Under the pieces are notes generated by a model. The model saw only the letters and a program-made list of their open reading frames with translations, did not search any database and was not told where the DNA came from. From positions 4,340,001 to 4,404,000 of the forward strand of contig CM119377.1 of NCBI GenBank assembly GCA_051294905.1: a stretch of DNA of 64,000 nucleotides, read 5' to 3'. Shown here one piece after another: positions 1-10,628 of the stretch (position 1 is its first letter; each line of letters starts with the position of its first letter). A program made the position numbers and the translations under genes. Source of the DNA: Botryllus schlosseri (lineage: Eukaryota).

Positions 1-482
1 TTTATTTGTCGTATGAATGATAGATAAGAAATATGAAATCGTACGACGTTGGGTTCATTTCGAGATATACGTGTGTAATACCACGTAGAGACGTTGGTGC
101 ATTCGTTGGTGATTATTAGCTGGTGAGGAAGTCGATATACATGCATGATTATGAGCCGGTTCGGAAGTCGATAGACATTTATAAGTGCTTCGCTAATTGC
201 GAGAGATATATTGCATTTTGAACCGTACGTGATATTCAATAAAGTTACAAGTCGGGGAGACGGAAACAAAATATATTCGTCAGTGTGATCCATCGAATAC
301 GTGTGCAATAGACAGGCCTGGTGGTACGTCAGCCAACAAGGTCGTACGGCGTGGGTTACGCCGGTCGTCGAACGGAAGAAGAAACACGCAGCGAATTGTA
401 AACGCAACCTTCTTGGAGTCAATAATACATCTTGGAGTCAGATATACAATTATACAACTACAAACGTTCGCTCTGCGTTAAA
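1..482 (+). repeat. 5' LTR (truncated at window start)
   Basis: Matches 4830-5311 (offset 4829) with no mismatch noticed by eye. Ends ...CTCTGCGTTAAA. Confidence 0.9.
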
Positions 483-483
483 G

Positions 484-500
484 TGGTGACCCTCCGACGT
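484..500 (+). other. Primer-binding site, tRNA-Trp-like
   Basis: TGGTGACCCTCCGACGT 1 nt after the LTR end, versus tRNA-Trp PBS TGGTGACCCCGACGT (2-nt insertion). A degenerate second copy lies at 626-643. Confidence 0.7.
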
Positions 501-1338
501 TCAATTAATCAAGACGACCGGCCGGCCGAGCGACAGATAAATATTCGCCTTGCACAACGACGACAAAGAACATTCAGATATAATACGAAGAGACTATTGA
601 ACGAAACGTTCGCTCTGCGTTAAAGTGGTTGACCTTCCGACGTTCAATCAATCAAGACCGACCGGCCGACCGACCGAACACAATCAATATAAAGATTCGC
701 CTTGCACGACGGCGAGAAAGAGCAATACAGCAACGGACCACGGAAACGATAAATATAAAGATTCGCCTTACACAACGGCGAGAAAGACCATTCAGAGAAA
801 ACTACGCCTCACACGACGGTGAGAAGGATCAATCAGCAATCAGTGACGAGGACAGATAACAAAAGTCATCGCGACATTCTCGCAAGAAGAATTGACAACG
901 AAGAGCAGGGTGCAGAAGATACGGAGGATTGTAACATATTTTGAAGTTAAGTAGCATTCCCGGAGAGGGCTTTGCATTTTATTTCGGTTTCAAAGACGGT
1001 GGAGTGTGTATTGAACTGCCTAAATATCGGAATTCATTCTTTGAGTCATGTCAGAGAGTCGAGATATGTTGTAAATGTGTATTGTGTTATGAATATGCCA
1101 TATCCGATTGAATAAGTTAATTAAAACGTAGAAGATTCCTAGTATTTCGGTGTAAATTCCATGTGGCTTACTTTAGTTTTGTTTTCTCAGTGATATAGCC
1201 AATAATTCGTGCTAGAGTCTCAGCTGTTATTGCTGCGGAATCTTCGTCTGTGTGCAATGCGACATTGGCGTGTACGGGCAACGGAAAAAGGTAATCATTT
1301 TCAATTCTCGCATGAGTAATTGCTATTCACTGTCATAA

Positions 1339-2350
1339 ATGGAAGTGGAAAGTAGTGACAACGAACTTCTGGATAGATTCACTTCTCGCGAGATCACTAT
1401 CAATCGACCTTTTAACGAGCAGGAACCGGCACTGTATTTCAGAATATTAGAACATCAGCTCGAGGGCGAGAATGTACGGTCGCAAAAAGCTAAATATCTC
1501 ATTTTGTTGAGGAACTTGAATGACGCACACTAGGGCTGTTCAAAAATAACTTTTTTTTCCGGATTCCAGCCATTCAGTGATTAAATCGTCAGGTTACCTT
1601 AAAAAACGCTGCACACCAAATTTGGTTCAATTCTAACAAGTATAGGGCTCCGCGGATCCAATTAAAATTTTTAATTTATACAGGAAAATTGAAAAAAAAA
1701 AAATTTTCAAATTTTTCTGTCAACCCCATGAAATTGATGAGCTGTCTTCAGAGACGATGCAAATAAAATTTGACTCAATTCGTACTAGTAGAAGTGGAGT
1801 TATTGGAGTTTTTCGTTGATAATTCTCCAATTATCCTTGATTGGTGGATAATCCGAGAATTATCAACGAAAAACTCAAATAACTCGGTTTCTACTGGTTG
1901 GAATTGACTCAAATTTCATTTGCATGGTCTTTGAAGACATCTCAACATTTTCATGGGGTTGAGAGAAAAATTTGAAATTTTTTTTTTTTTAATTTTACGT
2001 ATTAAATTTAAAATTTTAATTGGCTCTGCGGACGCTTAGACATGTTCGAATTGAACCAAATTTGGTGTGCAGCCTTTGTTGTGGCAACCTGACAATTTAA
2101 TCAGTGAATGGCTGGAATCAGGGAAAAAAAGTTATTTTTGAACAGCCCTAACGCACACTTCGCCGCTATCGATGGAAGTATTCCTGGCCCACATGATCGT
2201 AATTGCTACAACTTGTTTAAAAGTGTTCTGTTGGACCGTTTTGATGTTCCGATTAATCAGAAGTTGAATAACTTTTATGCCGAGGCAGTTCCGGGCATGA
2301 ACCCCAGAGCTCTGAAATCGCTGATTAATGCATCACACGGATTAGAATAA
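1339..2350 (+). pseudogene. gag-like ORF split by a hAT MITE
   Basis: Removing 1531-2158 (MITE plus one TSD) joins ...RPFNEQEPALYFRILEHQLEGENVRSQKAKYLILLRNLNDAH to FAAIDGSIPG...YNLFKSVLLDRFD in frame. This resembles the gypsy gag N-terminal PFW..DPELWF..LE.QF...KY motif. Confidence 0.75.
1531..2150. mobile_element. hAT-type MITE, family A
   Basis: TIR TAGGGCTGTTCAAAAATAACTTTTTT / AAAAAAGTTATTTTTGAACAGCCCTA. Perfect 8-bp TSD ACGCACAC (1523-1530, 2151-2158). The interior is largely palindromic. Confidence 0.93.
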
Positions 2351-3079
2351 TTTAAGGTAGATCGATTTTATTCTCATGCACTACGACATTAGTTGGTTAC
2401 TGTTATTGGGATATTGACAAAGTATAGTTTAGTAGAGTAACTTGCAATCATTGGTTTATAAACCCAGGTAGGGGTCGCATTTCCTGCGGGTCAAATACTG
2501 CGCAGCTTGCAGATGTAGGACGCAGGTGCTTATATAGCATAATGTTTTGATAAGAGAAGTGTGCGGGTAAACCCGTGGCAAGAAGGCTACCCTATTTATT
2601 CGATGCCATGATGCACCCAATAGCTGAATAGCTTATTATGTATGTATGATGAATGATGATATATTGCAAGCCTTTTGAAGAGATATTAGGCCTCTGCCGT
2701 ACGACGATACCCTTATGTTGAGTATATCATTGAGAAAATATGCACCGCGGTAGTGCATGATATTTGCAAACATTGCTTTGCATGTAATACAATAAATAGG
2801 GCACACTCTCGTTCTGTTGGTATATACCAATGTTAAATGCTTCGTGATATGAATTAGGAAGTTTCATATCAATTTAAAATAAAATGATTGCTGGTGAATA
2901 TTCGATTTTTTTTTATACCCATAACAGTATCTTGCTGATTAGTCGGCGTGCAAGTGATATTATCGGTTTTCTGAATGCCTAATGTAAGGTATCCTTTAAT
3001 GTTGTCGTGATATCGCGTATGTATTGTTTTGAGGTATTAAGTGATGTTAATGTTTTTTTGAGCGCCTAATGTTGTTGAT

Positions 3080-3480
3080 TTGTATTTCAGTAGTCTGCAT
3101 ACACAGACTGATGTTACTTTCCGCCGTTACTTTGACGTAGATAACGACATGTTCGATGATTTTGTGCGGCAGTTTCCGCCCGTTGATGCGGACAAAGTGG
3201 TACTAAACTCCGCGGTAACTCCGGGCGACGCGTGTGTAGTGTCGACTAGTGATGATGACAGCGGTAGCGACTGTCCGGGTAGTGTTAGTGACGCGTCTCG
3301 AGAGCGAATATCTGATAGCTTACCTGTTGAAGTCGATTGCGATAATAATGGACATGAATCCTAACCTAAGACCCAAACATGTAATGAAGGCAGAACTCTC
3401 AACGAGCCAAGTCCAAAGTATACGTCCAGAGGGAGACGAATTGTTAGACCAAGACATTTGAATGATTATGTGTTGCATTA
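3080..3480 (+). pseudogene. C-terminal remnant of pol (post-integrase tail)
   Basis: One frame ends YTSRGRRIVRPRHLNDYVLH*, the typical TRSGR.V+PP..L.DYV end of gypsy pol. It is preceded by an acidic Ser/Asp-rich tail. Confidence 0.6.
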
Positions 3481-4722
3481 AATCGCGTAGAATAAAGATA
3501 CGTGTGATGAAAATTGTGCCTTGTGCAATAATATGTTGCGTAAAGGCAGGATTGCTGCTTCGTCGATTGTTGAATCGCGTAAAGTAAAGATAGACGCGGT
3601 TAAAGTGCGCTTTATACAGTGATATGTTGTTGTGATATGTAAATGCAGGATTGCTGCATCATGTTGTGACTCCCGTCGTAGAATGTAAGGTGGGGTCACC
3701 GAAGCTAGTTGCTGAAGTGTTATGTTGATTGAAATTAATGCATTTCGATAAGTGTTGGGAGGGCCACGAAGGCAAAATGTTGGTCTCGTGTAGGCCCGGT
3801 TATGTGGCACGGAACTGTGCGTCATATTTGAGATGGTCACGGCAGAATTGCCGTTGATTTACCATAAGCCCTCTGTTGTTACGTAGACGTACGAGCGACA
3901 CGGATTTGGTAGGAATGATTGCTGTTCCCGCTGGACGGGTTTTAACAGTAATAGTGAGAAAGTAGAGGAAGTGATTGATGACAGTGAATAGCATGTTCTG
4001 TGGGTTTTGAAGCATGATTGCTGGATGAATTATGGTGTTGACCTTGCATACACGTTGATGGCATTCGTCAGCGCATATAGACTGGTTTCGTCTATGAATT
4101 ACATTGTATATGTGCCTTTTGTTTATCTTTATTATCCATTTTCAGTACTTTATTGTTTGCATGCGAAGATACCTTTAATGTATCCGCTGCCCCGCTGTTG
4201 TGCTATTGATATTTTAGTTTTGTATTTGTGTTTAATGATGGTATGTGTTGCAAGCAATGAGATCGTGAATGTCTCTATGGTATCAAGTTTGGACTAATTA
4301 TTATGTATGTTAGTGTGTTGATGATATAATATGTAATTGCAAGCGAAGTGACCTTTAATGTCGCTGTTGTAACGCTTTTGCGCTGGTTGAATTATGTATT
4401 TTATTTCTTTGTTTTGTTTGAACGCTATACCTATTATTGATCTCAGTTTCAGTTGCCAGTAGGACGGAACTATGATATTGCGAGTCATTCCGAGGTGGTG
4501 ATGTAAAATAGGGTTTCCGAATGCCACGCTTGGATGGTATGTCGTTTCATTAGTTTACTTTTGCCCCTGCATATAAAATCGTTTCCTGTCTCCAATCCCT
4601 AGGATTAACTTCAGTCCCTATGATTAGCCCCAGTCCATATGTCGTATGACCCTAGGTATGAGATATTGACCAATATATTCGTTTTTTTTTACACCAAGTT
4701 CTTTTGCTAGGAAGGGGGAACT

Positions 4723-5311
4723 TTTAACGAAATATATTGGTATAATGCCATCTTAATAATAGTCAATAGGGAGTTGGTAAACCTTACGTAATTCCCTGAA
4801 CTGAGACCCGATAAGACATGTGTGAGTCGTTTATTTGTCGTATGAATGATAGATAAGAAATATGAAATCGTACGACGTTGGGTTCATTTCGAGATATACG
4901 TGTGTAATACCACGTAGAGACGTTGGTGCATTCGTTGGTGATTATTAGCTGGTGAGGAAGTCGATATACATGCATGATTATGAGCCGGTTCGGAAGTCGA
5001 TAGACATTTATAAGTGCTTCGCTAATTGCGAGAGATATATTGCATTTTGAACCGTACGTGATATTCAATAAAGTTACAAGTCGGGGAGACGGAAACAAAA
5101 TATATTCGTCAGTGTGATCCATCGAATACGTGTGCAATAGACAGGCCTGGTGGTACGTCAGCCAACAAGGTCGTACGGCGTGGGTTACGCCGGTCGTCGA
5201 ACGGAAGAAGAAACACGCAGCGAATTGTAAACGCAACCTTCTTGGAGTCAATAATACATCTTGGAGTCAGATATACAATTATACAACTACAAACGTTCGC
5301 TCTGCGTTAAA
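4723..5311 (+). repeat. 3' LTR (~589 bp)
   Basis: Starts 2 nt after the PPT with TTTAACG and ends CGTTAAA (7-bp terminal inverted repeat). Its 3' 482 bp duplicate 1-482. Confidence 0.85.
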
Positions 5312-6281
5312 TTGGTTATACCAATCGAAGTATTCATCATTTCGCTTCTGAAACCACCGTCAAATTTGCGATATCCAACAAGGTTTAAAACTGTCAGACC
5401 ATAGTCGTTTACTGCCTAGCGTTATTTCAAAGCTACAGGGGTGAAATACCTTCGCAAATTGCTTTATGTTTCCTCTAAACTGCTTTCTAGAAAAGGCAGG
5501 TATTATTTTGTAGAGGTTGATTCCGCCGTTCGTATTTGAGCCCGTGCATTCGGGAATGCAGCAGAATGCGGGGAATGCAGCTTCTGCTTTTACAAACTTT
5601 CGAAGATGAGCTCATAGTTGAGACTACGTTGTTGTACCAACGCTAAACAATAACTGGAAATATAGTGCGCATAAAATGTAAAAAAAAACCAAGCGGATAG
5701 GTTTCACTCGTTGGAATAATTTACACTCGGAATCTGCTTCAACAACAGAATAGATGCAGCCGTCTCTCAGAAGAAAACAATGCGTTTCTATTGCTTAATT
5801 TAGCAACTAAATGCTTTTGTAATGAGTGGCGGGTCAGTGTACGTTCACATGATGCATTCACGGGAAAAGTTGGCTAAATAATTATATAGGCTACTGTTTA
5901 CATCTCTGTTTTCGCGGACGACGACATATTGTTACGTTAGCACTAGGTGACGTTGTAAACCACAAAATCGATTTTATTCAGATGGAACACTCATGCCAGC
6001 TACGCTGTAAATTGCCATGGTCAAACTGATACATCCAACCACTTTTGTATATGCCATTTGATACAGATAGAAACATGCGATGTTTCAATCACTTACAAAG
6101 GCATATAAAAACAAAATCGCTTTCGAGTACTCTCGCGAGTGCGACACGTCGCAGTTTACACCAGACCTGCATAAACAACACAACGGAACGACTCAATAGA
6201 ACACGTGTACTATACGGCAAATGTTGAATTGGTATGGTTGTTAGAAGCAGTTAGCGGTCTTCACGTTTCTTATAGATAGTG

Positions 6282-9200
6282 ATGAAGACGTTCATTGTCT
6301 TAACTCTTCTATTACTAAATGGTTTCTTCGAAAAAACCGACGGAGGAACTGGATCACCAAAGAATCGAGTAATTTATGAATTGACTGACAAAAATATCGA
6401 AGTAGCCGTCAAGAAGAATTATTTTGTTGTGATATGTTTTTGTGAGTATATAAAAAAGCGTACATAGGTTGTCACGTCGACTATATTTTAAAATTCGATT
6501 GTTCACTAGATTCAGGGAAGTCAAGAACTAGTCGTGAATTTGATCAAACTTTCCTTCAAGTGGCGCAAGAGGTACGCCGGGAGTTTAAATTTATACACTT
6601 CACGCGAATCGACGTTACAAGATATCCTAGGATCGAAAACGAATATAAAATATCGGAGCTTCCTATGCTAAAATTTTATAAGAATGGAAGACATTATGAT
6701 TTCATCGGTAAGAAACTGTCCGAGATATTTGTGTCTGCTTGAAGCGTTTACGGTCAATATCTTTCTAGGGGATAAAAGCGTCAAGCACATTACCACTTGG
6801 ATACACATGGCATTGAACACTCCATTTGTATTGACGTCTGGCTCCCAACTCGATAGTTTAAGGAAAGCAGGAACCGTCATTTTAGGATGCTTTCCAAATG
6901 TATGTTGATTTTTCGTTCGTTAATTCCATAAGCGACAATTATTCATACGGAGAGCTCAAATACTATTACAGGAAAAACCAGCGGACGAATATGACAAATT
7001 TATCAACGCAACACACTGGTTTGTGTCAGCCAAGTACATGCCGTTGCCAATGTTTGCCGTGATAGAAAACGAGGAAACTATGTACGAGTGTGGAGTGGAT
7101 AAAGGATCCGTAACCGTTCTCAAAAGTGTCAGTAAAGCTTGTTGTTTGAATATATTTATTTCAATTCACGTTCAATCCATAATGATTAGTTCGATGGCCG
7201 GGAAAGAGTGACGTATAAAGGATTGCTTACTGACTCCGATCGCCTTCTGCAATTTTGCGAGGACGAGAGTCAACCAGTAGTATTTCCATACGGAAGAGAG
7301 GAGGTAACATAATTTTATTATACGGAACATAATAATTCACACCTTAGGTAGACTGCTGGGTATAGGCCTACGCGTGCAATTGTTTTTGTTTAACTTTGTC
7401 ATGTCACAGTTTACAATGAAATTGACTATGGGAAATGTCAAACATCAACACGTTTTATTCATGGATCCGAAAAGTTACAACTTCAAGGAAACTTACGACA
7501 ACTTCAGAACTGCAGCAAAATCTTTCATGTCAACTCCGGTTAGTGAAAATCGTTGAATATAAGAGTTCGTTAGGAAACTAAAATAATCATGAATATGAAT
7601 ATACGTAGATTTCAAAGATACAATAATAGCGTCATCTATGATGACAGAATATGATACCAGTCGTCTCTGTTTGAATTGTCACATAATAAATGTAGAACTT
7701 CAACCCATTTTCGTCAGATGCAGATCTACGTCAGCGCTGCTTTTCAATGCACCAAAACGTTTTCTGTTATTAAACTAATCTTAGTGATATCATGCTTAAT
7801 GAAAATGTGACTGCGCTGACCACTTTTCTCTGTGGCATTAATATATATTTTCTTACTCCATGTCAGCCATACATAGATCAATGGCTCACCATTCACCAAG
7901 TAGTTAGTCATGTGTGAGTTGTAGCCGTAAGCACATTGCACAGAGGACGGATTCGCAGAATTCCATGGGTTACGCTAGCCTAGCCTCGTGGTAGCCTTGT
8001 GTTCGGATGATGATAGTTCGTTACAACTATCGTTTCATGTTATAAGCGCTGCGTTATACCGTTTCAGGATGACATACAGGTACTATTTATACACGTTGAT
8101 CCGACGCAAGAGGGAATCGATAAAGTTACTTCATTCTTCCACGTCGACGTTACGCGAGATGCACCATGCAATCGCATGACCAAGTTAGATGAATACCATT
8201 CGAGATTTGTACCATCACAGAATGATTTTACCAAGGACGGATTCATATCTTTCACAAGACGAGTATTGCGTGGGAGTGTCAGGGTATGTATGCCAGTTTA
8301 AATGTTTTGAAAGTCGGTTGTGTAGGCATATTCTAATTTTATATGATAAGCTCTGTAGACAATCTAATGGTACTGCTCAACTTAAAGTTGACTCTTTTAT
8401 TCAACGCAAAAGATTTCATAATGTTGCAGGAGGCGTCTGAGTCTTTATATAGCCTATACATATAATCTTAGACCTGCTCACATGGTATAACAGGGATATC
8501 TTTGCCCAATTTCAGCGCACGACACGAAGTGAAGAACTTCCTTCGGATTGGAACAGATACCCTCTCAAAATACTGGTCGGATCCAACTATGAACGCGTAA
8601 CGCGTGAACGTGGAAAGACAGTCTTTGTTATGTATCGTAAGTATAGAATTCATTATATTGGTATCGAAAATCAGAATGTGCTTGAATTCAATTCACATTA
8701 ATTCAATTACTTGAAAGATTAAATAAAGATTAGGGCTCTATACAGTTTCGTCCTTGGTAGACTATTTACTGTGTGTCCCAATTTCAGGATATCGCCCGAC
8801 ACAATCATTAAATGTCATCCCCAATGACACTATTATATACTATATGATTTGGCATGAAATGGCTAAACCTTGTTAATAAACGATCCTTATTCCCAAATTG
8901 TTCATAGGCTATTGGTATTGCTCAATGCTCAAAAATGCTACTTTATATACCTAACGCTTGTGACGATATACCCTTAGCGGCCTTGCTGCTGAGAAAAAAC
9001 TGAGAACGGAGTTTAATAGGTGTTGTCGTACCTACTTGTGCTTTATCACAATACATAATTCACGCAAGCATCCCACATTTGACAGAGATCCCTTACAACG
9101 AGGCGTGTAAGAAGGCACTGCCGGTGATGGACGAAGTTGCGATGAAAAACAATAACAACAACTCGGTTGTCATCGCTACGATGGACGTGAGCAAAAATGA

Positions 9201-10076
9201 TGGCGAAATTGATGTGCATTTCGAATTTCCATCCTTCAAGTTATTTACAAGTGATAATAAAGTAAGGAGAACAGTTTTGAGTTTCCATAGATACGCAATA
9301 TTAACAGTAATAAATATCGTGAACGCGAAAATGAAATATTTTTCGAGTAGATAGAATTGTTGTTGGAGTTATAGAATTTTCTCAATATCGGTTGAGTAGC
9401 CAATACCTAATGATTTCCAAGGTAGTTGCACAGACCTTGCATAAGTACTGACGTAAGTAGCCATGCCAGTTGCCACCACGACTCACAGGCCCCTATTTTT
9501 CCATGTATCGAATTCCCTCATGAAACCGTATAGTGAAGGGTTTGATTATAATTATATTGTACATGCTGTCATTGCTGTGTACTTAAATTGTAGAATGTAA
9601 GTATTTTGGTGAGTCTATCTATACGAATCACAAGTTCATGGAAGTAAATGGCATAGGTTTATTGATGACATGGCTTGGCTATATATATTATGATTTAAGA
9701 TACCAAATGGCGTATAGGCCTACTTCGTGTAACTATAGATACATGACATCTCGTTGACAGTACTGCAAAAACGTTCTGCGTTTTTCACCAGGTTTTGAGA
9801 TTCACGGGAACACAGACTGCCGAAGCCATTCAATCATTTATTGACAGCAACGGGGCGATCCACATTGGGGTATATCATGTTTATTCGTAACTATATTCCA
9901 AAACTTTCTTCGATTTACGTGAATGTGATTTCGTCAGGGCATCGATCCAAAAACCAAACCTGCAAGTATCTACGAATTTGGAGATAAGAAATATCAACTT
10001 TACAAGGATCCAGATGCACTGGATTACGGGAAAATGGAAGAGTTACAGACATCAATTCTTCCGATCGGCAAGCACA
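6282..10076 (+). CDS. PDI module 1 (signal peptide + a-b-b'-a' + linker)
   Basis: Signal peptide MKTFIVLTLLLLNGFFEKTDG. a-site SRTS (6521-6532), a'-site NEAC (9097-9108). Ends at a phase-1 GTGAGT donor, not at a stop. Confidence 0.92.
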
Positions 10077-10390
10077 GTGAGTTAGCTAATTCATTTACGG
10101 TTGTTCGTAAATTAAAAATGATCAAGGTTGCTGGGTAAGAAATTTCCGCGAGAAAGTTAAACCTCGGAAGGTATTATAAGGATAATTGGAGTAATTTGTG
10201 GGGATTACCTGAATGGGATTTTCTGAAGATCACTTGAACAATGAACTGAACAAAAGTGAACAGAGGCGGTCAAGTTGAAAGGCAGTGGCCTACAGAAACT
10301 TGCTCAAGTACGACATTGTGGTGCGAAATGCCAACAAGCTATAAACACCAAATATTATATTTAAATAAGTATCAACAACAACAACAAAAC

Positions 10391-10421
<31 letters not shown>

Positions 10422-10582
10422 GCAACAATAACAATAACAATAGCAACAATAACAATGCCAATAACAATGCCAATAGCAATAACATTACCAATAGCAATAA
10501 CAACCAGTGTTCCCAGTATACTTTCTTCAGTGGAATTTAGCCGGAAATAATTCGCCGGCGGTTCGCGAAAAGGAATGATCTT

Positions 10583-10628
<46 letters not shown>

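Larger units (their letters stand above)
1..5311 (+). mobile_element. Non-autonomous Ty3/gypsy-like LTR retrotransposon (5' end cut by window)
   Basis: Direct repeat 1-482 = 4830-5311. tRNA-Trp-like PBS follows the first copy and a polypurine tract AGGAAGGGGGAA (4709-4720) precedes the second. Internal gag remnant and pol C-terminal remnant are present; no RT/RNaseH/integrase core was recognisable. Confidence 0.88.

Noticed and set aside
4007-4297. Hydrophobic plus-strand ORF as an env-like gene
   Set aside because: It is short, has no env hallmarks such as a furin site or fusion peptide, and is explained by T-rich composition.
1-5311. DIRS/Ngaro tyrosine-recombinase element interpretation of the unusual repeats
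   Set aside because: The PBS and PPT sit at canonical LTR positions, the pol tail is gypsy-like, and no recombinase remnant or split-repeat layout was seen.
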